From the IMG/VR virus record IMGVR_UViG_3300046382_000012, positions 1-24,056 of that record: a stretch of 24,056 nucleotides of DNA; one strand, written 5' to 3'. Position 1 is the stretch's first letter. The number at the start of each line of letters is the position of its first letter. Below the pieces are notes generated by a model, which saw nothing but the letters and a program-made list of their open reading frames with translations, did no database searches and was not told where the DNA came from. The position numbers and the translations under genes are program-made. This DNA is from a virus. Lineage: Duplodnaviria; Caudoviricetes. Below are positions 1 through 8,537 of this stretch, one piece after another.

Positions 1-426
1 AGCGTCCAAGGGAGCGACTACGGGAGTGCCAGGCTTCGCTGGAATGTCTATTCCAGCGTGATTGCCTCCACTGCGAGGTCCCATGTGCTCGCGGCTGTTT
101 TCAGAGTTGCCGCTGCGCGGAACTTCATCGAAGTTCAATCCAGCAATGGGAGAACTGCTAGCGACTTGCAGTGCGCGAGAAGCCGATGGGTCATAACCCA
201 GGATGTTGTACTCAGTTCCTCTGGGCTTGTAGGATACATCCTGGGGAGAAACTTCTGCGGGTGTGGCCTGTCGCTCCTCTGGAGCGGTGCCCCTTTCCCG
301 CATCAGCTCTTGCACACTGTAATCAGGGCCAAGAGAATTCTCAATGACCCTCTGACGACGTTGAAGCTCGCTCAGAGGGTCATTGCTGTCTTGTATCGTT
401 CCGATGGGAACGCGTCGAATTGGCAT
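1..426 (-). CDS. N-terminal part (142 codons, runs off the window) of a virion-associated M23 metallopeptidase, probably an internal/ejection protein
   Basis: ATG at 426-424 overlaps the upstream TAA (TAATG). My manual translation is open to the window edge: MPIRRVPIGTIQDSNDPLSELQRRQRV...REHMGPRSGGNHAGIDIPAKPGTPVVAPLDA. The end matches the M23 signature HxGxDxxAxxGTPVxAxxDG, including the Zn-binding HxxxD. Confidence 0.85.
   Translation of the reverse strand, partial: MPIRRVPIGTIQDSNDPLSELQRRQRVIENSLGPDYSVQELMRERGTAPEERQATPAEVSPQDVSYKPRGTEYNILGYDPSASRALQVASSSPIAGLNFDEVPRSGNSENSREHMGPRSGGNHAGIDIPAKPGTPVVAPLDA
342..385. repeat. Perfect 14-bp inverted repeat inside the M23 gene
   Basis: CAATGACCCTCTGA (342-355) and TCAGAGGGTCATTG (372-385), with a 16-nt spacer that allows an extra CGA/TCG pairing. 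Confidence 0.9.
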
Positions 427-3260
427 TAGCGACCACCCCTTACATTAATCTGAGGTAAGGCACGTTGTGGAGCTTGCGCGGCACCTACGCGAGGAGCAAC
501 ACGCTGAGGAGCTGGTGTCATACGGAAAGCTGAAGTGTCCTGGCTATCACCGCCTCCGATCTGAGGCATGCTAACACCCTTGACTGATCCAGCGACCATG
601 GCACCAATGTGTTGGAAGGCTGCCTGTAGTTTATCCTGCCGATGTTGAGCCTCTTGGCGAGCTTGGTGAGCGAGCTGATCTTGGTAACGCTGCTGGGCCA
701 GTTTGTGACTTTCAATGGATAGCTCCTGTGCAATCTTAGCCCGCTCCTCAACAGCAGCTTTTCGAGCTTCTTCAACAGAAAGGTTCTTCTGTTGAGCTAC
801 ACGATAGTCCTCCTCTGTATTCCCAGTGCGTTGGATAAAGCGGTTTGGATCAGTTGCCGGACCTCCCCTGCGTTGAGATTGGTAGTCAACCTCCGCCTGA
901 GCAAGCTGCTTAAACATCTCCGGACTCAGGGGAGACTTGTCCCCATCCTTCTGCAAGTTGAAATGCTTATTCATAAGCTCTTGGCGATCTTTGGATGACA
1001 TGGAGTCGAAGTTCGCCGGCATGTTAGGCTGACCAACGAACTGACCAAACTCGTTCGTAGCCTGTTTCATGGATCGGTCAGTGTTAGTCTTAGTAAGCGC
1101 AATGTTCGCGGCACCTGTCAGGTTCACGTCACCAGCCATTTTCAGGCCAATTTGCATGTCCTGGTTGGAGATCTGTTTGCCACCATTGTTGTTGGCTCGT
1201 GCGAATGAAACTGCGCTACGGTAGAATCCAGCCTCCAACATTGTTTGCAGGACTGCTTTATCTTCATTGCTGAGATTAGTGTTGGCCAATTGCTTGGCAG
1301 CATATTTCTGGGCCTCGTCACGGATGCCTGAGAACTGATCCGGGGTAACTTTGGTTTCAGTGTTGAACCAATCTTTAACACCCTCGGCAAGTCTGGCGGC
1401 TGTACCAGGAGTGATCTTTCCAAGATCAAAACTTCCCCAAGGTGTCTTGAGGGATGCATCAAGCCCACCTAGGGTCTTAGCTTTCTGAGCAATATTGATC
1501 AGATTAGCCAAGTCCATATTAGAGTCCAGGACCTCTCGGGTAGCATCCTTGGCATTCTCAGCCCGCTTGGCAAACTCCTTCTTGTATTCAGTAGAATCAT
1601 CCAATAGAGGATAGATTTCTTTAAGGTGATTGAAGGAGTATTGCTGTGTCTTATCAACACCTGGAAGATTGTTTTGCATGCTCGGAGGAACAGGGCGTTC
1701 CCCCATCTCACGGTCATCAGGTTTTACATATTGGAGGTTCGGAGTCTTGGCTACAGGTTCCTGTGCAACTTTCGTGTTGTACTCAGCCACAGACTGGTTG
1801 AATTGTTCCCTGGTTGTACCAGGTGAACTGGGAAGTTCCTGACCAGTCTTCGGGTCCACAACGGGACGATCTGTAGTTGTAGCAGCCGCAGCACCTTCAG
1901 CTGCACCTGGAGCTACAGGTTCAGTTGTGGATTTGTAATCAGATCTGAAAGGTCCACTAGGAGACATTCCAAGGGCGTCAGCTATCTTCTGCGTGATGCT
2001 CCGTTGGTCCGGAGCTGTTGCAGTGGTAGCTTTGGCCGAAGCTGGTGGGGGCGTTCCGCTGGGTGCAGCCGCGCCCGCCTCAGCAGGAGGAGTGTACTGG
2101 GAACTGTCAATGACGGCATTCCGTTGGTCGATCTTGGCGATGATGTCTTGAGCCAGCTTGTCACCAGATTTCTCTGCAGCATCCCGCCAATGTTGTGGGA
2201 TGTCGATCTTACTGAAGGGTGCAGCCGTTTGGGGTGTTACCCCGGCTGCGGCCGCTTCCGGGGATGCTGCTGCAGCTTCTGGAGCTGCTGCTACGTCAGG
2301 GGATGGAATGTCCGGTTCTGGAGGCGTGGGAGGTGGTTCTGCACCTGTTGAGGACTCAGACATAGCAGCCTGAAGAAGGCGGGCAGCCTCCGCAGGATCT
2401 GAAGTATTGTCCGTGGCTGATTGGACTGGAGCAGTTGGTGCGGAGGGTGTGGACTGAATGGGAGCTGCTGGGGTGATTGACGCACCCCCACCAGCAGCCT
2501 CTCCAGCCGCAGCAGTTGCAACGTCAACTCCTGATGGAGCGTCAGGCAAGGGGGCAGCACCAGAAGCGCTGGCACCGGTTGTTAGAGGCAACCCTGGTGC
2601 GGAGGCGGCAGAGCCCGCTGCGGCCTGAGCCTCCTGGTGCTGCTTAACCTGTCCAATCACATTCTCGAGGGGAACCTTTCCAGAGAAGAGTCCATTCAGC
2701 GTTTGCTGAATGGAGCCTGGCGGCGCCGTGCGAATGTCAGATCCGAAAGTGCTACGTAGGGCTTCCAGAGAATCTGGGGACATGCCCAGGATCATTGTTT
2801 GGAGATTCTTGCTGTACTCTCCTTTGGGATCAACTCCAGAAGCATTGGAGAGACCTTGCAACATGAACTTACGGACAGATTTGTCCGCATTGGGGTCCGT
2901 TGCAATGAGCATGTTCTGGGCTAGCTTCAGATCATTGTTGCGAGTATTGACTTGCATTTGGGTAGCTTGGAGCTTATCGTGGTAGTCTTTGTGAGCCTGT
3001 AGGGCCGTGGCTTGCTGAGCCGCAAGGGCTTGCTCCTGTGCGCGCATGTCGCCGTAAGCACGGCGCATGTCTCCACCAGTGGACTGATCAATACCTGCTT
3101 GATAGGTGTCAGTTCCCCCGCCCGTCTGTGCCGGCAAACGCTTGAGGTAACCAGCAATGGCAGATTGCGATTGATCGTTAAGGCCAACACCTGGCACAGT
3201 AAGGCGAGGCAGCCGGGTCATTGGTTCGGGAATGGGACGGGGGAGCCTGAATTCAGCCAT
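426..3260 (-). CDS. Large internal virion / DNA ejection-type protein (~944 aa)
   Basis: Long ORF. The likely start is ATG 3260 (MAEFRLPRP), just after the upstream stop at 3262-3264. Gln/Ala-rich helical ends flank a long Pro/Ala/Thr low-complexity centre. Its position after the tail genes and before a peptidoglycan hydrolase fits podovirus ejection proteins. Function is inferred from synteny. Confidence 0.6.
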   Translation of the reverse strand: MAEFRLPRPIPEPMTRLPRLTVPGVGLNDQSQSAIAGYLKRLPAQTGGGTDTYQAGIDQSTGGDMRRAYGDMRAQEQALAAQQATALQAHKDYHDKLQATQMQVNTRNNDLKLAQNMLIATDPNADKSVRKFMLQGLSNASGVDPKGEYSKNLQTMILGMSPDSLEALRSTFGSDIRTAPPGSIQQTLNGLFSGKVPLENVIGQVKQHQEAQAAAGSAASAPGLPLTTGASASGAAPLPDAPSGVDVATAAAGEAAGGGASITPAAPIQSTPSAPTAPVQSATDNTSDPAEAARLLQAAMSESSTGAEPPPTPPEPDIPSPDVAAAPEAAAASPEAAAAGVTPQTAAPFSKIDIPQHWRDAAEKSGDKLAQDIIAKIDQRNAVIDSSQYTPPAEAGAAAPSGTPPPASAKATTATAPDQRSITQKIADALGMSPSGPFRSDYKSTTEPVAPGAAEGAAAATTTDRPVVDPKTGQELPSSPGTTREQFNQSVAEYNTKVAQEPVAKTPNLQYVKPDDREMGERPVPPSMQNNLPGVDKTQQYSFNHLKEIYPLLDDSTEYKKEFAKRAENAKDATREVLDSNMDLANLINIAQKAKTLGGLDASLKTPWGSFDLGKITPGTAARLAEGVKDWFNTETKVTPDQFSGIRDEAQKYAAKQLANTNLSNEDKAVLQTMLEAGFYRSAVSFARANNNGGKQISNQDMQIGLKMAGDVNLTGAANIALTKTNTDRSMKQATNEFGQFVGQPNMPANFDSMSSKDRQELMNKHFNLQKDGDKSPLSPEMFKQLAQAEVDYQSQRRGGPATDPNRFIQRTGNTEEDYRVAQQKNLSVEEARKAAVEERAKIAQELSIESHKLAQQRYQDQLAHQARQEAQHRQDKLQAAFQHIGAMVAGSVKGVSMPQIGGGDSQDTSAFRMTPAPQRVAPRVGAAQAPQRALPQINVRGGR

Positions 3261-3261
3261 C

Positions 3262-3687
3262 TTACTTGTTCCGTGGCGGTTGGTGCCCAACTACATTGTG
3301 CGGGCGATGTTGAGCCTGGGGAGTGTGGGAAGGTTTCTGTTTGGCTGTTGTTGCTGGAGCGCCGGCAAGTTCCAGCGCTGTAATGCGAGCTTCATGGTCA
3401 TCAAGCTGCGTTTGAATATCTTCAGCTCCCGAACCTGGAGCAACGATTTTTTTCAGATATTCAACACCCACAGTATAAGGTGCAACAGCTATGACTGAAA
3501 AGCTGTCCCGGCCCTCAGGGACAGGGAAGATATTCTTCCCAAACTGAATCACAGGACTATCTTCAGTTGCATCAAGTTCAAAGTCGATGTGCCCATGGTT
3601 CTGTGTCCCATCCGTTATGACGACGGTTTTGGTGCCCGCAGGGCACGGATGCTCTTGCGCAGTGGTCGTGATTTCTAGGGTATCCAT
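3262..3687 (-). CDS. 141-aa putative trimeric virion appendage protein; N-terminal domain paralogous to that of the collagen protein
   Basis: Strong RBS AAAAGGAG before the ATG. A beta-rich N-domain is followed by a coiled coil IQTQLDDHEARITALE containing the R-h-x-x-h-E trimer motif. Confidence 0.7.
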   Translation of the reverse strand: MDTLEITTTAQEHPCPAGTKTVVITDGTQNHGHIDFELDATEDSPVIQFGKNIFPVPEGRDSFSVIAVAPYTVGVEYLKKIVAPGSGAEDIQTQLDDHEARITALELAGAPATTAKQKPSHTPQAQHRPHNVVGHQPPRNK

Positions 3688-3702
3688 CTGGTTCTCCTTT
3701 TC

Positions 3703-5862
3703 TTAACCTACGATAACCGATTGAGAAAAAACTCTAGTGACTACAATGTCTCCTGTAAATGCTACTGTGTCTGCTCCTTCAATAGCACCTAGAATAGCAG
3801 GCGTGGAAACTTCTCCAGTAAAAGCAGCAATATCGGGATCCTCAAGGGCAGTCAAGGCCGCGCTATTTATTGCATCGCCTATGAAGGATGCTTGATCCGG
3901 GTCCTCTGTAGCTCCCAAGATTCCGGTTATTGAATCAAGAATTAATCCAGTGAAAGCTGCTGTATCGGCAGCTTCGGTTGTATCCAGGACCAGCAGCCAT
4001 TCTACTGCGCCGGTGAATGCTGCAGTGTCGGCGCTTTCAGTGGCGTCAAGGGTTCCAGTTATGGTTGCTAGAGTAATGGTTCCGGTAAAGTCTGCAGTGT
4101 CGGCAGGTTCGGTTGTGTCCAGAGCCGCTTGCCACTCAACATTGCCGGTAAAGGCGGCAATGTCAGCATTCTCAGTGGCGTCTAGAGCTGCTTGCCACTC
4201 TACAGAACCCGTGAAAGCAGCAATATCGGCAGGCTCGGTGGTGTCCAGCGTGCCGATTGAAGCAACATCACCTGTGAAGCTGGCTGTATCAGCAGGCTCG
4301 GTCGTGTCTAGAATGGCTTGCCATTCAACAGCTCCAGTGAAAGCTGCAGTATCTGGCAATTCTGTGGTGTCTAGGACGCCTGTCCATGCTGCGCTTCCAG
4401 TGAAAGCAGCGGTGTCAGCAGCTTCCGTAGCATCCAGGACAGCTTGCCATTCCACTGCGCCTGTAAAGGCTGCAGTGTCAGCGGTTTCGGTGACTGTTAA
4501 AGTGCCAGTGACGCCGGTCGAAAGCAGTTTGAATGCGCCGGCAACGATTACTTGTGCCGCTGATATGGAGGCAGTCGCGGTTAGGTTGCCTGTAGCGCCG
4601 GCTGTGGCTTTGATGCCATCGGCAATTGCCAGAGATGTATCGGCACCAGTTGCTGTTGAAGCGTCCTGACGTTCCTTCCAGGTTCCGGCAATGGGATTGT
4701 CGGTAAGACCACCAGTGCCGCTCGCAGTTGGTGGATCGGTTACCGCGTCGAACGCCGACCATGCTGAGGCCAGACCGCCGCAAGCACCAATCACGAGCAA
4801 GTCAGTGGCTTGCGTCGTAGTCATGCCTGCGCCAGACACGGCAGTCGTCGCAACGGCAGTGGTAAACGATGACTGAGTGTCAAGCGGCACACTATCATTA
4901 CCGCGATAGGCAACGATCTGGCCCCGCGCAACGCTGGGCGCAGCGGGATGGGTAAATGTCAACGCGGGCGCCGATGCACCGCGCACGATGTACGCCATCA
5001 TTCCAGAAGGCGTAGCTGAAGATGTTGTTAGGACGTTGTTGTTTTTCTGTTCGGTTACTAGGGTCCAGCCGGCAGGCAGTGTGATGGACGTGGTTGAGGC
5101 GATGCGTGAGGCGATGGTCGCAACCAGCAAGTCGCCCGCAACGACGTTGGCTGGCTCGGTCAGCGTGTGCGTGGTCGTAGTGGTTTCAACAACCGGACTG
5201 GCGCCGAGATATTCCCAGGCCGGACCGCTGCGGTAGGTGGCGCAGAGGCAGTCACCACCACCGCTCGGGCAATTGAAGGCTGCTTGGATCGCTGTTGTAG
5301 CCGCAGTGACTTGGTGGCTCCAGCCACCTGCGTTGTTGGTGACCTTGCCATCGTAGGTAAAATTGGCGCTGCCGGTTTGCCCCGTGTTCAGGCTCGATGT
5401 GTTGCCGTTGGTGAGTGTGAAGCCGACGCCGAACTCTTCTGTAGCTGCCAGTGTGCCGGTCAGGCCGCTGACGTTGATCGTGCCGGTCTGCAGACCCGTG
5501 AAGACGCCTTGGTCCTGCGTCGGGTTGGTCATGCCACGCACGACCCAGACGCCCAACACCTTAAACTGGCTGGCCGTGCCTTGCGTCAGCGTGACCGTGG
5601 TTGAACCGACTGTCGGCTTCGGAATAATGCCGACGAAGTTTTGCAGGCTGCTGGTGCCAACCTGCGCCCCGCGCACACCATTGAGTACGCCGAACGTGCC
5701 GGGGTCGTTGTTGTTGGTCTTGACGCTGAGGGTGCCGGGGCCACCGAAGCCAGCGAAGATAATAACGTCACCGGCCTGCGTTGCTGCAAACGCAGGCGTC
5801 GTTACCGTGGTGCCGCTGACGATAGTCTCAGCGGCTTTCCACTCAACGAAGGAGATGGCCAC
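3703..5862 (-). CDS. 719-aa fibre/adhesin-like protein: two N-terminal Thr/Ala/Gly-rich beta domains plus 12 C-terminal ~21-aa repeats
   Basis: GTG start. Two related domains (TQAGDVIIFA / VVAGDLLVAT) precede repeats of L-D-x-T-E-x-A-D-T-A-A-F-T-G. Confidence 0.7.
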   Translation of the reverse strand: MAISFVEWKAAETIVSGTTVTTPAFAATQAGDVIIFAGFGGPGTLSVKTNNNDPGTFGVLNGVRGAQVGTSSLQNFVGIIPKPTVGSTTVTLTQGTASQFKVLGVWVVRGMTNPTQDQGVFTGLQTGTINVSGLTGTLAATEEFGVGFTLTNGNTSSLNTGQTGSANFTYDGKVTNNAGGWSHQVTAATTAIQAAFNCPSGGGDCLCATYRSGPAWEYLGASPVVETTTTTHTLTEPANVVAGDLLVATIASRIASTTSITLPAGWTLVTEQKNNNVLTTSSATPSGMMAYIVRGASAPALTFTHPAAPSVARGQIVAYRGNDSVPLDTQSSFTTAVATTAVSGAGMTTTQATDLLVIGACGGLASAWSAFDAVTDPPTASGTGGLTDNPIAGTWKERQDASTATGADTSLAIADGIKATAGATGNLTATASISAAQVIVAGAFKLLSTGVTGTLTVTETADTAAFTGAVEWQAVLDATEAADTAAFTGSAAWTGVLDTTELPDTAAFTGAVEWQAILDTTEPADTASFTGDVASIGTLDTTEPADIAAFTGSVEWQAALDATENADIAAFTGNVEWQAALDTTEPADTADFTGTITLATITGTLDATESADTAAFTGAVEWLLVLDTTEAADTAAFTGLILDSITGILGATEDPDQASFIGDAINSAALTALEDPDIAAFTGEVSTPAILGAIEGADTVAFTGDIVVTRVFSQSVIVG
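3751..4500 (-). repeat. Twelve degenerate coding tandem repeats (~63 nt / 21 aa)
   Basis: Consensus LDxTExADTAAFTG plus a 7-aa linker (often xVEWQAx). Longer linkers follow repeats 7 and 9. Confidence 0.92.
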
Positions 5863-5875
5863 GTAAGGTCTCTAG

Positions 5876-6265
5876 TTAAGCCGAATGCTTAATAGTGCCT
5901 GCCGTTATGCTAACTGTCTGTCCAGTCGTAATGGAGGTTGAGCTGAGGATTATGTCGGAAGCGGAAGTTCCAACCGTAAGACCTGTAACAATGTCATTGC
6001 TACCACCATCACGGATACGGGCAGCAGCGGCGGTTCCAGTACCAGTTGCGGTGGCACTTTTCGGAACACCCTGCATAGTGATCACAACATTTGGAGGAGT
6101 TCCACTTCTGACGAAGCTGGGATCATTTAGCGTTATGGTCGCCAGAACCGCTGCCATGCTAGCAGTTCCAATCTCCAGTTTCGCTGGAGCGGCATTGATG
6201 TCGATAGCAGAAATAACCGCATCCATGCGGGTATTCTGCAGGGCAGCTACATAGCTTACGGTCAT
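5876..6265 (-). CDS. 129-aa small beta-rich virion structural protein (fibre-associated)
   Basis: ATGA overlap with the upstream gene. Thr/Ala/Gly-rich, ending [19 protein letters not shown]. Lies between two fibre-like genes. Confidence 0.65.
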   Translation of the reverse strand: MTVSYVAALQNTRMDAVISAIDINAAPAKLEIGTASMAAVLATITLNDPSFVRSGTPPNVVITMQGVPKSATATGTGTAAAARIRDGGSNDIVTGLTVGTSASDIILSSTSITTGQTVSITAGTIKHSA

Positions 6266-7215
6266 ACCTTAGTTACCTTCAAGCTGAGGGTGCAGCGAAA
6301 GATGCCAGTGACACTGTTTACATTAAAGGCGAGGATATCCCCTGCAGCGAGAGCAGTTGTCCAGCCGGTTAAGGTAGAAGACTGACCCTTGGTAGAGGAT
6401 CCAATGGTTGGCTTTGCAGAGGCAGTTATCACGTCGCCAGCAACTGGGGGGAAGTTGGCATAAGTATCCTTCCATACATCCACAACAATGGAGCCAGATT
6501 GATCGGCTAGCAGGGTCCATTGATTTATAGTACAGGCTTGGGGGATCTCTATATAACCCTTTACGCCTGTTGAAATGACCTGTCCGCCGCCGTCAACTAT
6601 GAAGTTGATGCAGCTTTGGGTAAAACCATCGACGCCTGCGGGTCCTGTTGGTCCGGTGGCTCCAGCAGGGCCGGTGCTTCCTGAAGGTCCGGTGGCTCCA
6701 GTAGGTCCTGTTGGACCCTGTGGTCCAGTGGCACCAGGAGTGCCAGCGGGACCGGTAGGCCCCGGAGGACCTATAGAGCCCACACCAGGAGGACCTGTTG
6801 ATCCTGTACCACCCGGAACACCCTGAGGACCGACAGGACCCGTTGGGCCTAGGGGTCCAGTAGGACCCGCTGGTCCCTGAGGACCAGGAGGTCCAGTCTG
6901 ACCCTGTGCACCAGTTGGACCCTGCAGCCCAGAAGGTCCAACTCCCTCTATATCATAGTCAAAATAAATGACTGCGTCGAACTGAACGGGACTGTTTATG
7001 GTGTAATTGCCAGCCTGTGGAGGGCAATGAAACCTGTTGTGGCCATACCAAATATTATAAGTAAGGGGATCTCCAACGTCGAAATGGAACGTGACGTCGT
7101 GCACCTGGACGCCCACAACAATGTTAATATTCTGGGCACCAGACGGTATTGGAAGGATCAGTATTTGATTTGGATTTATCGCTACGGTCTCGTTAGGACC
7201 GTAAGGGATATCCAT
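6262..7215 (-). CDS. Collagen-like fibre protein (317 aa)
   Basis: About 90-aa N-domain, 34 Gly-X-Y triplets, and a ~118-aa beta-rich C-terminal domain. Confidence 0.85.
   Translation of the reverse strand: MDIPYGPNETVAINPNQILILPIPSGAQNINIVVGVQVHDVTFHFDVGDPLTYNIWYGHNRFHCPPQAGNYTINSPVQFDAVIYFDYDIEGVGPSGLQGPTGAQGQTGPPGPQGPAGPTGPLGPTGPVGPQGVPGGTGSTGPPGVGSIGPPGPTGPAGTPGATGPQGPTGPTGATGPSGSTGPAGATGPTGPAGVDGFTQSCINFIVDGGGQVISTGVKGYIEIPQACTINQWTLLADQSGSIVVDVWKDTYANFPPVAGDVITASAKPTIGSSTKGQSSTLTGWTTALAAGDILAFNVNSVTGIFRCTLSLKVTKV
6625..6945 (-). repeat. Collagen Gly-X-Y tract, organised as [GV + 17 triplets] x 2
   Basis: Counted directly from the translation. Confidence 0.9.
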
Positions 7216-7217
7216 GG

Positions 7218-8135
7218 TTAGTTCAGCTCCTTATAGTCGACGGTCAGGTAACCATCCTTCGTGCCAACTGCCCACGGACGAACCTTCTGGACGTCTTGGG
7301 CCAGAATTCCAATCATCTCCTCTCCAGTGTCTTTACGAATGTATAGATAGATGGGCACTCCCAAACGCTTGTGTTCCGCAATCTGGATCAAGTCTCCCTT
7401 CATATCAGCATCGGAGAACAAGGCTCCCACGAGGCCAATGCCAGCGCCAAACATTGAAGCTGAGGACTGAGCATTGGCGATGGAGGCTTGGGTTTGCATC
7501 TGACGTTGCTGAATGAAGGGCTGCTGCGCGCGAAGGTAATTGTTGGCTGTCTGACCAAAGGCGCCGGCGAAAGTCAGGGGGTCACCAATAGCGGACTGGC
7601 GCAACACATCCTGGCTAGACTGTCGAGCGAAGTCGTTCTGCTGCTCCCGCGTGATACCTAGCTGTTCAGCCAGCGTTAGCTGGCCAGTACGAGCACCTTC
7701 ACGGAGGATGTTGGCGCTCTCATCATAGCGGTTCAGAGCCTCAATGGCTGGACTAGCAGTCTCGAAGCCAGGACCAAACTGGCTAGCCAGTTTGTTACGG
7801 AGCTGTTCCTTCTGAGAAGCTAGGTCCCGCTCGAGACCTGGGTCCACAGGAAGCTCTCCCTTGAGAGCTTTAAGGCTCCGATCTTGCAGAAGACCTTGGA
7901 TTTCCTTTGCTTGCGCTGCAAGAGGATCATCTTTCTTGGAGATGGAAAGGATGTTGCCATTGGCATCCTGGGTAATGGAAAAGCCTTCCTGGTCAGCTAA
8001 GAAAGGTAAAAGGACCTTGTTCTGCTGCTGTTGCTGCAACAGGATGTCCCGCTGCAGATCAATCATTTCCTTCTGGGAGGCTTGGAGAGCCCGCTCTTCT
8101 GCAGAAGGAGGTGGAACCTTTGCACCGCCACCCAT
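7218..8135 (-). CDS. Ejection/pilot-like protein with C-terminal peptidase S74 (intramolecular chaperone) domain
   Basis: Gln-rich helical body and a hydrophobic Gly/Ala segment ([13 protein letters not shown]), then SDADMK...IYLY...[16 protein letters not shown]...GYLTVDY. This matches the S74 pattern SDxxxK / GxxAQxV / VDY. Confidence 0.8.
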   Translation of the reverse strand: MGGGAKVPPPSAEERALQASQKEMIDLQRDILLQQQQQNKVLLPFLADQEGFSITQDANGNILSISKKDDPLAAQAKEIQGLLQDRSLKALKGELPVDPGLERDLASQKEQLRNKLASQFGPGFETASPAIEALNRYDESANILREGARTGQLTLAEQLGITREQQNDFARQSSQDVLRQSAIGDPLTFAGAFGQTANNYLRAQQPFIQQRQMQTQASIANAQSSASMFGAGIGLVGALFSDADMKGDLIQIAEHKRLGVPIYLYIRKDTGEEMIGILAQDVQKVRPWAVGTKDGYLTVDYKELN

Positions 8136-8537
8136 TTACAGCCTCCTGATGTAGAACTTGCGTTTTCCCTCTTCAGCGTATAGCTCTACGCCGTCCGGGA
8201 TATAGCGTTTTATTGACTGATCGATTATGTTGCCTTCGTCAACCCACAGGATGAAGCTCTTAATGCCCATTTTACGCATTATCGCTTCATAGTCATTGCA
8301 CAGTTGAAGTGCCGTCTTCAGACGAGGATGACTGCCCTCAAGGACCAATGGTCCGCAGATTATCAATCCATCCTGATGTTGAGTGCCCAGCATTCCAACC
8401 AGCTCATGAGTTTCTTCATCAAACGCTAGAAGAGTTGGAAAATGTAGCTTACATGGATCAGCATCCTCATGGGACATGAGATCATAAGCAGCCTCGTAAT
8501 GCCGCTCGCTGTCTGCAATAATGATGACAGTAGACAT
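8136..8537 (-). CDS. Putative GNAT-fold protein (133 aa)
   Basis: The pattern LLAFDEETHELVGML...ICGPLVL...EAIMRKMGIKSFILWV resembles a GNAT fold. Podoviruses often carry such a gene just before the ejection genes. Confidence 0.5.
   Translation of the reverse strand: MSTVIIIADSERHYEAAYDLMSHEDADPCKLHFPTLLAFDEETHELVGMLGTQHQDGLIICGPLVLEGSHPRLKTALQLCNDYEAIMRKMGIKSFILWVDEGNIIDQSIKRYIPDGVELYAEEGKRKFYIRRL

Noticed and set aside
58-429. 123-aa plus-strand ORF
   Set aside because: Antisense shadow of the real minus-strand M23 gene
3751-4500. Periodic repeats resembling a CRISPR array or DGR template/variable pair
   Set aside because: In-frame coding repeats that vary at synonymous positions; no unique spacers, cas genes or RT in the window
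3950-4669. 239-aa plus-strand repetitive ORF
   Set aside because: Mirror of the fibre repeats; no independent signal
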